DNA of 64,000 bases from Octopus vulgaris (taxonomy: Eukaryota). Shown in pieces: positions 37,651 to 50,969 of the stretch. The stretch lies in assembly GCA_951406725.2 (NCBI GenBank), contig OX597814.1, positions 107,818,001 through 107,882,000 on the forward strand, read 5' to 3'. Positions within the stretch are counted from its first letter, which is position 1; each line of letters starts with the position of its first letter. The position numbers and the translations under genes were made by a program. The notes under the pieces were generated by a model, which worked only from the letters and a program-made list of their open reading frames with translations, had not been told where the DNA came from and did not search any database.

Positions 37651-38151
37651 TTGCTTTTTGCTATTAAAACTGCTTCTGTCACTATTATTACTCATGTATT
37701 TGTTTGGGTCAAGTACAATGCTACGTTAAATCACTTGTTCAAACTACTTCCCTACATTTATATCTTATCACACACCGTTAGAGGATTCTTCGATCAAGGA
37801 AGATGCATTAAACTTTTAAATCTTCTCCCTCGATGTTTTCAGTTGACTCTAAATATGACGAATATGAAATCTGTATTGGCCAATGGCAACGAAACCTGAA
37901 TGGCAGCTACCTCACACTATTTATTATCACCTAACTTAACTACATGTTATGGTTGGTTGACGTCCTTTGTGACATAAACTGGTGGTCTTGTCCATGTATA
38001 TCAGTGGTTCCCAAATTTTTTCAGGCTGCCGCCCCCTTGGTTTTGAGGCCACATTCTTGTTGCCCTCACCCCACTCACCATCACAGGCATAGATCATTTT
38101 CAGCAGCAAATTCAAAACAACAGTATTTCACAAATAAAACTTAACCTAAGT

Positions 38152-38320
38152 ATGCACGGGGGTGGCTGTGTGGTAAATAGCTTCCTTACCAACCACATGG
38201 TTCTGGGTTCAGTCCCACTGCATGGCACCATGAGTAAGTGTTTTCTACTATAGCCTCAGGCTGACCAAAGCCTTGTGAATAGATTTGGTAGACAGAAACT
38301 GAAAGAAGCTCATCGTATAC
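38152..38320 (+). mobile_element. SINE family A, 5' half
   Basis: Pol III boxes. Confidence 0.85.
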
Positions 38321-38402
<82 letters not shown>

Positions 38403-38617
38403 AATGGACAAGAACGCAAGACATCGAGGCAGACGATGCATTAGATTCCTTGGAAGAATGCAGTGAATGTATACGAAAATAAGGACGGAAAAAAACGGAG
38501 AAATGTTACACAAATACAAATGCAATCAACAGGAAATAACAACAGGTGTCTTTCAACTAAGTACGATTTAAATTAAGCTGGCGTGAGTGCAAGTAAACCC
38601 TTACTATATCTATATAT

Positions 38618-38780
38618 AGGGGCAGGTGTGGCTGTGTGGTAAGTAGCTTGCTTACCAACCACATGATTCTGGGTTCAGTCCCACTGCGTGACACCTTGAG
38701 CAAGTGTCTTCTACAATAGCCTCGGACCAACCAAAGCCTTTTGAGTGGATTTGGTAGGTAGAAACTGAAAGAAGCCCTTC

Positions 38781-38846
<66 letters not shown>

Positions 38847-39160
38847 CGGTAAAATTTAGATTCAGTTGAATATGGTACTTAAGTTAAAGGCACCAGAATT
38901 TAGTATGGTATTATCCATATAATTCAAAATGGGTTTGATATATATATATATAAATATATTTATGTATGTGCGTCTGTGTTTGTCTCCCCAACATCACTTG
39001 ACAACCAACGCTGGTGTGTTTACATCCCATAACTTAGCAGTCCGGCAAAAGACACTGATAGAATAAGTACTATGTTGGGGTCGGTTTGGTCGACTAAAGG
39101 TGGTGCTCCAGCATGACCGCAGTCAAATGACTGAAACAAATTAAAAAAGGAATAAAAAAG
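38618..39160 (+). mobile_element. SINE family A with inserts in its central microsatellite
   Basis: 5' half 38618-38782, 3' half 38965-39160. Confidence 0.85.
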
Positions 39161-39599
39161 TATTCCTTGAAAAATATTTTCAAGAATATTCAAGAGGTAC
39201 AGGAAATAAATTTCAATTTATTTCCTGTACGTCCCCACCTCAAGAAGTGGATTGGTCTGACTTTTCTCAAGCATCCAGTGTATATCTAGAAAGTTGAAGA
39301 TATTTTAAAGTTATGTCTTTAATAACAGAACGCTTCGGTGATTACCAATATTAGAATATCAGGTTCCAAAACATCTGCTAAAATGGTCGGCTGTGTTGTT
39401 TGTGGAACAAAGATTTTTGCCGCCATTGTTTAAGAATCTCACAGAAGGAATTACAAATTGGAATTATGCCGGCAACAAAGATACGCAAAACGAGGAAGAA
39501 CGTGGAATCAAAGTAATTTACTATTTCTGCAAAACAATGGAATCGGAAAAGAGGACCAAGTTTATTATCCCTCTGTGAGTGATCAAGAAAAGAATGAAT

Positions 39600-39659
<60 letters not shown>

Positions 39660-39839
39660 CGTATGTGTGACAGAGCGTATGCACATGTATGTGTGTAAGT
39701 ATATGTGTGTGTGAGCATGTATATATGTACAGTATAATAACCTACACTGTGTATGTGTATCTGTCTCTCTCTCTTGTTCTCTTTTTATATCTATCCGTGT
39801 TTGAATATGTAAGAATTTATGCACTTCTTAATACATGTA

Positions 39840-40719
39840 CGAGGTTTGATCAATAAGTATCCGGACTGTTGCCATAGTAACGAAGCTAAAGCACGCAGTG
39901 TGAAACTACTTGGCAAAAATTCACCTTTGAACTCTGCTGTACATCTGAAGTTTAACGTTCTAGATTACTTCTGCTGTTTACAGCAGTGCTTGGAAGGAAG
40001 GTGTGTAGTGTGTGATCATCACATTATCCATGACGGAGAAAGTTGTCATAGCGATACCTATTCAGAGGCCTATGTAAAGTTGCGGAAAGTGTATGGAGAG
40101 GGGTGCATGAGCTGCACACAAGTGTATGAGTGTTTCAGACGTTTCCAAGATGGCCGAAAAATGTCGATATTGACAAGCCTTCTGGGAAACCTACAACCAG
40201 CAGAACTGAGAAAAACATTGCAGATGTGCGTGCAGCTGTGAGGGAAAATCGTCAAATCCCCATCCGTGACTTATCAGAGGATGTGTAGATTAGTTACAGT
40301 TCAGTTCAGTCCATTATCACTGAAGATTTGGGTATGAGATGTGTGTCTGCCAAGTTTGTGCCAAAATCACATTCAGCTGACCAAAAAGATACTTGGGTTT
40401 CAGTTGTACAAGATCTCTTTGATTGTGTTGAGAATGATAAAAACTTTTTGAAATCTTTGCGTAGGCCTCTGAGCAGGTATCGCCAAGCTTTTGGCAAAAT
40501 TTGATGCAGATTCTCTGCTCAGCTTCTGTCATAGTCAATGCGATGATCACACACTACACACCTTCCTTCCAAGTGCTTCTGTAAACAGCAGAAGTGAGCT
40601 AGAATGTTAAAACTTAGTGTGCATGCACAGTGGAGTTCAAGGTCAATCTGTGCCAAGCGGCTTCACTCTGCATGCTATACCATTGTTACTAAGTCTGGAT
40701 ACTCATTGATCAGATCACG
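39840..40719 (+). mobile_element. Mariner deletion derivative with an inverted 5'-end duplication
   Basis: TA-flanked TIRs cgaggtttgatcaataagtatccggact / agtctggatactcattgatcagatcacg; transposase HTH (EQRICIKFC..KVYGEGCMS..VYE.FRRF.DG; DLGMRCVSAKFVPK). Confidence 0.9.
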
Positions 40720-41254
40720 TATATCCTGCTGTGTATGTTTCTGTGTATGTTTATAAGTGTGTACGTATATGTGTATCTGACTATGCATCTGTGAGAATGT
40801 GTATATAACCTGTATTTGTGTGTGTGTGTGTATGAGAGAGAGAGAGAGTGCACGTGTATCTATTCTCAGATTATTTGTAGTTTCAAAATGCCTTATTTTA
40901 CAACTATGAGATGTATTGTTATTGTCACGATTTTATCTTACTGTAATCAACAACAAACACATTTCGTCAATATAAAAGTCTTTATTAGATAAAAAGTAAC
41001 ATTATCAAAACATGAAGGTAAAACAAAAGGAATAGCGACTTATACACTGGAAAATACGGTAATTGTAGAGGCAGTGACAAGTTCACGCGCTGGCTGGTAG
41101 TCGATAGGGTATAAGGGAGGGAAAGAGTAAGGAATGCACGGTGCTGGCTAGAAAGGAAGAAAGGATAAAGATTGCTCGCCATACAAATAGAACAGAGTGA
41201 TGACATTTAGTAGAGATGATACAAAAGTTGTTCCTCTTCAATTGCTATCGCAAA

Positions 41255-41978
41255 CAGCAGTAGCTTTCTTCAACTGAATACATGTCGTTGATTGGTTGAA
41301 ATTAGCCAAATATGACAACTTTAACATGAAATAACTTCTAAAATATGGAATTTTGTCAAAAACGTTCAGAGTAAACTGTTCTGTGTGAGAAATTCTACCA
41401 GTGCCATAAATCCTCGAGTACAGTCCGCCCTTGAGTATAATACGCAGGGGATTTTTATGGGGCTGTACCTCTGAAAAGCCTAAACCTTGTGTATAATACG
41501 CACCCCTTTTCTAACTCGAGTCCAGGATGTCTATATAACATCCTTGGTTTGTAAAAATGTATACGGTAACGTCCTTTATTACTATTGTACATGTAACATA
41601 ATGCAAACATTGTCCATTTTGTTTGCAGAAAATAAAGAAATAACAGTAATAATGTTTAATAAATGTTGCTTACTGCAAGTTATGGATGATTCTTTTATGA
41701 TTTCATTGCTTTCAGGCTTAGCTTAAGATATTTTCGCGTCCGACATCACAAAATGCGTCTGAATAAACATTGCCGGACAGCAAATATAGACTCGGACATT
41801 GCTTAGAAAATAACTTTCATTTTTAACCTTGTATATAGTACGCACTAGGGATTTTGACCTTTAAATTTTGGATGAAAATTGCGGATTACACTCGAGGATT
41901 TACGGTATTTGAAGTTTGAAGCTGTTTAGTTAAAAAAAATTAATTAAAACATCTGTGATTGAGATGGAATAGATCCCA
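41255..41978. mobile_element. Right half of a 48616-49225-family MITE, interrupted by a pogo-like MITE
   Basis: gattggttgaaatta..gacaactttaaca.gaaataacttc matches 49098-49150; ends in agatcc. Confidence 0.6.
41404..41905. mobile_element. pogo/Tc1-like MITE (copy of 54862-55363, opposite orientation)
   Basis: TIRs ccataaatcctcgagta / ctcgaggatttacgg followed by TA. Confidence 0.85.
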
Positions 41979-42437
41979 GTTGACTTAGGGTAATCTGGGG
42001 CAAACTCCTCCTCACCACAAAATTCCTAGATTACTCTGCCATCCGCAAGGCATGGGAAAGTGCCCTCTTTCAGTTTCTTTCCTCCTGCATAGAAAAGCAT
42101 ATTCAGGGTGGATCCATCCAGTCTCACCAGTCTTGCCACTGTCAACTACCTTTTGATAAACACACTAGAAGGAATAATGTTGAATAGGAAACATATTAAC
42201 AGGTGTGTGATGAGAAGCAGTCAGTATGAATGGGTTGAATGAGACGTCCCTGCCTCGTTTGGTTCAGAGAATACATACAGGTACACATGCACTGACTAAT
42301 ATTTCTGTCTGCAAGGAGTGTTTGTGAGTGTGCATAAATCCGGAGGAGAAGCACACTCTAAGATGTAGAGCAGTTAATATTATTATAGTGGAGTTGGCCA
42401 TGAACCGGCCTACCCCACTGAAATATATATATTGTCT

Positions 42438-42645
42438 TTTATTCTTTTACTTATTTCAGTCACTTGACTACAGCCATGCTGGAGCACAGCATTTAGTTGT
42501 ACAAATCGACCCCAGGACTTATTCTTTGTAAGCCTAGTACTTATCCTATCAATCTCTTTTGCCAGGGATGTAAGCACACCAACATCGGTTGTCAAGCAAT
42601 GGTGGGGGGGGGCGGACAAACACAAACACACACGCAGACATATAC

Positions 42646-42683
<38 letters not shown>

Positions 42684-42847
42684 GATGGGCTTCTTTCAGT
42701 TTCCGTCTACCAAATCCACTTGCAAGGCTTTGGTTGGCCTGAGGCTATAGTAGAGGACCCTTGCCCAAGGTGTCACACAGTGGGACTGAACTTAGGACCA
42801 TGGGGTTAGTAAGTAAGCTAGTTACCACACAGTCACTCCTGCACCTA
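42438..42847 (-). mobile_element. SINE family A, full length
   Basis: Reverse complement of the family body. Confidence 0.88.
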
Positions 42848-43251
42848 TATATGTATATATATATATATATATGTATCATTATCTTCATCATCGTTTTACG
42901 TCCGCTTTCCATGCTAGCATGCGTTGGATGATTTGACTAAGGACTGGCTAACCAGATGGCTGCACCAGGCTCCAATCTGATCTGGCAGAGTTTATGTATA
43001 TATATGGGGGGAGGAGGATCACGGCTGGTATGCTTTTCAATGTTTACCATCACCTGGTGTAATTCCACCACCTGGCAGATTGGGTGATTTTTAGTGAAGT
43101 CCTCATAGCAGCAGGCATTCACGCTGGGTTTCTAATTTACAGGTATCTTCCTCGTCTGGTCTTGGAGGCTCAGGTAACACCAGCAGCTGAAGCTCTCTCT
43201 GTATATACATACATGTGTGTGTGTGTGTATGTATGTATATGTGTGTGCGTG

Positions 43252-43317
<66 letters not shown>

Positions 43318-43609
43318 ACAAAGTGGAGTTGTAAGACATGTATATACATATAGCTTTCATCCTGATGTCGTTGACTGCACTAACGGCAGCTGTACATATT
43401 TAGCTATGAGAGAGAGAAGAGGGAGAAAGAGAAGAAAGGTAAGAATGAGAGGTGGGTAATGAAAAATGGAAGAGAGAGCGTGTGTGTGTGTGGGGGGGAA
43501 TGAATGACTTCACAAAAGTACAGAAGCTGTTGTGTTCAGATTGTAACAGATGGGTGAATGGATGTAAGGGGTGCTGGTGGAGATAGATAAATAGACAGGT
43601 AGGTAGATG

Positions 43610-43685
<76 letters not shown>

Positions 43686-44599
43686 TACAAACAGATAGAT
43701 AGACAAACAGATAGATAGACAGACAGACAAATACATAGATAAGAGAGAGAGAGAGAGAGAGACGAGTAGTAAGAGAGATAGATACATAGAAAGATGGATA
43801 GACAGACAGACAGATAGATAGATAAATATATAGGCAGACAGATAGAGAGAGAGATAAATAGATAGACAGACAGATATATAGATAGACTGACAGACAAATA
43901 GATAAATGGACAGATAGATAGATAGAATCGTAACACTCCAACTGTAAAAGAGTATCACCTTATTACTGGTACATCCTTCTCTCTCTCTTTCTCCCCCCCT
44001 CTCTCCTTCCAGCTGTCAGATCTTCGATACTCCACTGGTTCAAGGATGTGAGGGCCAAGAGCGTGTCTGTCTCCACGCATCCACATAGACACCTTTAATA
44101 ATTACCAATACCAAGTGTAACACTCTTTCAAAGCCCGTTCGCCAGTGATGGCCATGTTTCGTTCATAGACATTATACATCAATTATTTTGGTCAAAAACA
44201 TAAAGAATATATTCTGGTTGATGTTGGAATGCTTCGATATATATCATCTGATTCTGCAAACACTCATTTGTTTGTTTTGCAGACATTAGTAGAAATAACC
44301 AGACGACAGCCGATCACCAACGGACAGGCAGCAGTCGATTCTTTAAACAAAATGCTTTCCATTTTCTTTTTTCTTTTTATAAAAGAGGATAATAATGAAA
44401 AGTTACTAGACAAGGTTATGTCATTCTCTAACCACCACCACCACCACCACCACCACCAAAGTCAGCATCGCCATGTCATATGCTCTTGCGCCTGACGGCA
44501 AAACTTTTCTTCCATCTGTGTGAGTGAGTTGTGTTTGCTTTTATGAAAACTGCAAAAATTCAAAGTGAGCAATCAATCGTAGTTCCTGACATTACGTGA

Positions 44600-44885
44600 C
44601 TACATGATCGAGCAGACTATTGGATGTTGTTGTATATCGCTGGTCACAATGCGTCTCACATTCTTTTAGCTTTCGAAGGATACCACTCTGCTGGTTAGGT
44701 GAGCAGGCCAACATTTTCTCTGATCATAAGGCTATTCGGTCACAAGGTTACCAATTTACAGCAGTGAACATCATGAAGTGAAGTGGTTTGCTCAAGAAGA
44801 CAACGCGCTACCCAGCCTGGGAATTGCACACAGGATCCAGCAATCATGAGTAGAATACTGTAACCACCAGGTCATGTGATTTCAC
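44600..44885 (-). mobile_element. tRNA-derived SINE, family C (CORE/V-type middle)
   Basis: Reverse complement has a tRNA-like head and cttgagcaa motif; related to 47563-47860. Confidence 0.6.
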
Positions 44886-45302
44886 AGTTCTTAACATATC
44901 AAATAAAAAATAACTTTTAGACTAGAAAAAAAGTTGACAGAATCACCCAGGAGAACGAAATACGTGTCTGGTGTATGTTGGACAAGCGAGATACAACTGC
45001 GCCGAGGAAACTTTCAACCTTCTAAATTAGAAGCTTTAACTATACGAGCAAAGCACCAAGGAAATTTGCTGTGGTTTGTTTGAAACATCGAGAAATTCTC
45101 ACTGGTAGAATTAGTGGTGTCGCGGCCATACAGCAGTCACGAGTTCGATTCTCATAGCATCCTCCACCCTTTTCTCTTTGAGAAGTATTTTTACACAATA
45201 TATTAGGAACTACTGTTTATAGCATCATGTGAATTTGAGCAGCTTCTAAATTCTTAAAACTTATTTTCAAATTTGTCAGTACTTCAAACAAACATGTGCA
45301 CG

Positions 45303-45338
<36 letters not shown>

Positions 45339-45517
45339 TCCTTAAATAACACTACAAATGATCACGATATCTGGGACTATAAAGATATACAAGACTTTCT
45401 TAAAATTTAAAACAACATCCTTTTATTTACAACTTTGGTACCTTTCTAATAAAGCGGTTGGTCAAAATTTACTCTAAATGAAAAAGAGAAAGAGAATAAC
45501 ATACATATATACATATG

Positions 45518-45562
<45 letters not shown>

Positions 45563-45596
45563 TATACATACGTACATATATATATATATTTGCTAA

Positions 45597-46151
45597 TAGC
45601 CTGATGCAGCATCAGACAGTGACTCTCATGGCTCCTGATCTCAACTGATTTGAAGTGTTATCATGTGCATTGCTTTGTCTTGGTATAAAAGATGGGCTAC
45701 AGCAAATATTCTGCTCAATACCACAGATTTGCTTGTCAGTTGTTTGACCTTAACCAGTCAAGCATGTCTCTTAGTGGCTGACGATATGTGCATCTCTGAT
45801 CACGGGCAGAAGTAGTGGAGCAGCATCATAGCCATGTGTTGAGAGGAATTCTTGGAGGTTTGGATAATTCAGTTTTGGAAACATGAGTGGTTCGTTCAAC
45901 ATCCTTAAACAATCCTTATTCAGGAACCTTTTCAATGGGATGCGCTACTCAACCAGAAGAAAATTCTAATTGGGCCCCACCCGTAAGGTCATGTGCTGTT
46001 TATCTTGATATGAGATCACCATGTCGCGCACATATGGTTGTGATGCATGTGTCTGGTGTACCCTTATCAGACCGGTAGTCATGATGGGTATACTAGACTT
46101 TGTATATTTTACCCCAGTGTCACTTTGATGGCATGCACTGCTCTCTCATTC

Positions 46152-46199
<48 letters not shown>

Positions 46200-46200
46200 T
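45597..46200 (+). mobile_element. Retroposon 3' region ending in (AAT)n
   Basis: 3' end recurs inverted at about 49940-50050; simple-repeat tail. Confidence 0.65.
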
Positions 46201-46960
46201 TTAAAACTCCTTGATGCTGCTAGATATTCCTTGTGATGCACCGTTTGAGAGTTTCTGTTGAGGGTTTTTGTTTAGTCTTTTGGTTAAAGAGTCGCAGAAA
46301 TTTTTAGCTGCTTTGAACGTTTTTCACTGAATCTCATTGGAATGAAAAGGATGGTTTCTTTATATCCATTTCTTATGATTTTGGCTGTGAAAAATTGCTG
46401 CAAAAACACCACCGATTCAACGAAGTTCACACTTCAGAATTTAAAATTCCATTACTGTTATAATTTTCATGGCTGTGAACTTGTTTGTCTTTCTAATTTA
46501 TTCTATAATAAGGACGAACCAAATCTTACAACGGTCACATAACGCCATTTTTCCAATGTCCTTCCAATTTGATAATGAAATATGTTTCCGTTTGATGTAG
46601 TACCATTTAATACAGGATTAATACAACGAAGCTACGCCATTAATCATTTAATTATTCAATAATTTTGTACTGACAAACCTCAGCATCAAACGTCTGAAAC
46701 ACGGCATTTCAATACATGTTAACCTAATTTAGAAACTTCAAAGCGCTACCCACCAAGCCTTTCTAATAACATCAAGCAAATTTAGCGTTCTTTAAACCTT
46801 ATTATTTATTCATGATTATTCAAATGTATCGGTGACGAACAAACACATTTCGGTGCACGGGATTTTGAAATCCAACTGTTATGAAATATCTTAAATGGTG
46901 GTTTTCCGATGTAACTTCACGAGGTTGTCAATTAACTACACTTTACTAATGTCTGTAATA

Positions 46961-47109
46961 CAATGGTTCCCAACCTGTGGTCCACAGCCCCTGGGTGGTC
47001 CGCAAAGGTAGTACTGGGGATCAGTGAAATTGTTAAGCTGACAGACCTTTCGGTATTCTGGGGTCCGTTGGAAAACTCATTTAAATATTGAAAAGGCTGG
47101 GAACCACTG
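46961..47109. mobile_element. hAT MITE
   Basis: TIR caatggttcccaacct / aggctgggaaccactg, perfect 8-bp TSD ctgtaata. Confidence 0.92.
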
Positions 47110-47562
47110 CTGTAATACAAGAAGCTGGAGACCTTACCAATACCTGTAATATCCGTGGGATTACTAATCACAGTCTGGTCCTTGATTTTGAAAGCAATAT
47201 CGCGGTTAGTGTTGTTGTTTAGGTTGACCAGACTTAAGAGCAATGGCATTCCAGCCGTGGCCGTTCAGTTTATTTTTCAGGAATAGTATATTCTGGACTA
47301 CATCATCCAATGTGTCGTCTTTTCAGACAATTGGTAGTGGTTCTGAGGGTGATTTGGCTGTTATACCAAGCATGTTGTATGACCCAAAAGGGCGTCCATC
47401 ATTGTCTACAGATCAAGGTAAAAAGTTTTGTTTATTTTGTGTTGTTGTTATTTGATCCCTGATCAGTCCCAGATCCCGCTTGGCTCAAGCGTTCCAGTCA
47501 CGACCAACCCTACCCTTCTCTCAGTCTTTGTGTATCTAGGACTCTGCCTTACACAGTGTAAA

Positions 47563-47860
47563 GGTGCGTGGCGTAGTGGTTAGAGTATTCAACTCACGTT
47601 CGTATGGTCGTGAGTTCGATTCCAGGCGCTGCAGTGTCCTTGAGCAAGACTCTTTATTTCACGATGCTCCAGTCCACTCAGCTGGCAAAAATGAATTGTA
47701 CCTGTAATTACCTGTCACATTCTGTATCACACAGAATCTCCCAGAGAACTGCATTAAGGGTACGCATATCTATGGCGTACTCAGCCAATTTCACGAGCGC
47801 GCTGTTCCGTTGCTCCGATCAACTGGAACATTCCATCATCGTAACGGATGACAGAGTGCA
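47563..47860 (+). mobile_element. tRNA-derived SINE, family C
   Basis: Box A tggcgtagtgg, box B gagttcgattc, gtgtccttgagcaagac; 3' part recurs at 60565-60772. Confidence 0.8.
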
Positions 47861-48304
47861 TGTATGGTGGTGTAACCATGGCGACATCATTTATTAAATT
47901 CTGTTATGGTTTGAGTTTTCTGCTTTTCAGCAATAAATGTATTCCTGAGACAAGGATTTTGTATCTTTTATAATTTTTTTTACTTTGTTTCAGTCATTGG
48001 ACTGTGGCCATGCTGGGGTACCAACTTGAATTTTAGTTGAATACATCGATGCAAATACTTACGTTTTTTCCTTTAACTTTGATATTTATTGTGTCAGGCT
48101 CTTTTGCTTGTCGTGCTAACGTTTCTGCCAGGCTCCCCCGCCTTACACCTGCAATAATTATTTTTCAACTTTTGTCACATTTCTTTGTGCTTACGTAAAA
48201 TGAGGAAAGGAAAACTAAAGTACAAAAGAATAATATTCAAATTTCTCTTTTGTATAACCCCTCCCCAAAAACTATTGCCATTTACTCTCTCTCCTTCTCT
48301 GTTC

Positions 48305-48351
<47 letters not shown>

Positions 48352-48585
48352 GCTTCCCCGACTATTTTCTCTCTCATTGCATGTGTGTGTGTATAACTTT
48401 GCCAGCCACCAAGCCAAGTATGTACACTCATCCTACACCCCTCTTGTTAATTCTCTCTCTCTCTCTCTCTCTGTATCTCCCTGTTACTCTCTCTTTCGCT
48501 CTCTCTATACAATGTAAAGCATAACTGCAGATTTAGCCAATCAAGCAACCAACCAACATTTATATCGGCTGTTATAAGATTTATA

Positions 48586-49615
48586 TAGGTGTGGCCCTGA
48601 AGTAAGAAGTTTGCTGCATCTTTACCTTTTGACCGACAGATTTAAAAAATAATTCTTTGTAAATAAACACTTTCAAACTTCGGACACTGGTAGAATGTGT
48701 CATATAAAACATCTTTTACTCTTAGCGTTTTTGAGAAAAACTTATATTTAGGAAGTTATTTCACGTTAAAGTTGTCCTATTTCTGTAATTTCAACCAATC
48801 AATGACGCTGAATAAAATTACTGTCGTTTGTCAACAACAACTATCGGCTGTGTATATTTCGTTTGTCCCTGTTTTTTATGACAACCCTAACCCTAACCCT
48901 AGCCCTAAAACCTTAACCCTAACCCTAAAATCCTGACCCTAACCCTAAAACCCTAACCCTAACCCTAAATTCTTAAAGCTAAAACCAGTACAAACGAACG
49001 AACGATGTCATAAATAACAGTGACAAACGAAATATACACCGCCGATAGTTGTTGACAAACAATGGCAGTAATTTTATTCAGCTGAATACACGTCATTGAT
49101 TGGTTGAAATTACCGAAATACGACAACTTTAACAAGAAATAACTTCCTAAATATAAGCTCTTCTCAAAAAGTGTTTAGTTACAAAAAATTATTAAAAAAA
49201 TCTGTCGGCCAAAAGGTAAAGATCCAGTTTGTTTCCTAACCACATGGTTCCGGGTTCAGTCCCACTGCATGGCATCCTAGGCAATTGTCTTCAGCTATAA
49301 CCCCGGGCCAATCAAAGCCATGTGAGTGGATGTGGTCACGTGAGTGGATTTACATAAATACATACATACATATGTAAATGTTAATATGTATCTATATGTG
49401 CGGATCTTTGTGTTTGTGTTTGTCATCCACCACCGCTTGACAACCGGTGTTGGTGCATTTACGTCCTCGTCACTTAGCGGTTCGGCTAATGAAACTGATA
49501 GAATAAGTACAAGGCTACAAAAAAAAAAAACGACTGGGACGATTCGACCAAAATTCCTTCAAGGCGGTGCTCCAGTATGGTCGCAGCCAAAATCACTGTA
49601 GCAAGTAAAAGATAA
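48586..49615 (+). mobile_element. SINE family A split by a MITE
   Basis: Head 48586-48615 resumes at 49226. Confidence 0.8.
48616..49225. mobile_element. Merlin-like MITE with long internal inverted arms and a (CCCTAA)n core
   Basis: TIR gcatctttaccttttgaccgacaga / tctgtcggccaaaaggtaaagatcc; 8-bp TSD agtttgct/agtttgtt. Confidence 0.88.
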
Positions 49616-50414
49616 ACACACACACACACATTTGAGCTAAGAGATAATTATACATATGTGTGTGTGCGCGCGCGTGTGTGTACATACACACATACACCCA
49701 CGACAATCTGCTCATGAGCAATTCTAAATTGGTCGCCAATCACAAAGATAAAAGCCACACCATTCTGATGACGGAAGAGAGGAAGATGGCGGGAGCGTAT
49801 GGGTCAATTTAGTGCGTTTCACGGACTTTTAGTTAAAGTCTCAGCACAACGATTCTAAAAGAGAAATAAATAAATAAATGACATAAAAACAAAGAAGATA
49901 TTTAACACGCATCGCATCCATCATATGATGATTATTAATTATTAATTATTATTATTGAATGAGAGAGCAGCGCATGCCATCAAAGTAACACTGGGGTACA
50001 ATTATACGAGGCCCAATATACCCATCATGACTGATAAGGGTACACCAAGCACTATTGTTATTATTATTAAATTGATATATGAATCGATCTAGTGTTTAGA
50101 ATATGAGAGGAAATGTTATATTGTTGTCACTCTACAACAGATGGTGGTGGTTGTTGCTATAGTTGTTGTTATGGTGGTGGCGGCTACGGCGGTGATGTAG
50201 TGATGCTGGTGTCGGTGACTTAACAATAATTTCATTCACAACCTGAAACTGAAATTTTGTTCTTCGCTTATCCTCACACTCTGTATAAGCACCACCACAA
50301 CCACCACCACCACCGCCGCCGCCGCCCGCTACCACCACTACTACAAACACCAAAGCAAACTGCGTTACTATCATCATCATCGTAATCATTATCACCATCA
50401 CCACCACCACCACC

Positions 50415-50448
<34 letters not shown>

Positions 50449-50503
50449 TCATCACCATCATCATCGTCATTGCGACGATGCATGGCTAAGTGTTAGTCTT
50501 TTG

Positions 50504-50920
50504 GGATCTTTTCGGTTTGAACGGCAGTTTTTAACATAATTTCTAGGTAACTAAAAAATTTTAAACTTCGTATACTGGTAGAATGTGCTTATGAAATATC
50601 TTTTCCTCTTGGCTTTATTGAGAAAATTCTATAGTTTGTAAGATATTTGTTGTTTTTTTCTTCAATTTCTGCAATTTCAACCAATCACTGACGTCCATTG
50701 AGGTAAAAAAAACATTCTGTGCCGTATGAATATGTCCCTCGTTTAAGAAACAGATTGGGTTTATTTACATTTGTGAAGAAAAAAAGATACCATTCCCCCA
50801 CCCCTAACCCTAACCCTAAAATAGATTGAAATGCAATAGATCGATACTTGGGTCATAATTATGGGTGACAATTTCATATGACACTGCTAGAAAAAACTGC
50901 CGTTCAAACCGAAAAGATCC
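50504..50920. mobile_element. Merlin-like MITE
   Basis: Perfect TIR ggatcttttcggtttgaacggcagtttttt; 8-bp TSD gtcttttg/gtcttttc. Confidence 0.92.
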
Positions 50921-50969
50921 GTCTTTTCAAAAAGAAAAACACATCTCGGCAATATGATCCCTAGAAAAA

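Noticed and set aside
47563-47640. tRNA-like sequence with A and B boxes
   Set aside because: It is a SINE head: no acceptor stem, and it continues into the SINE body
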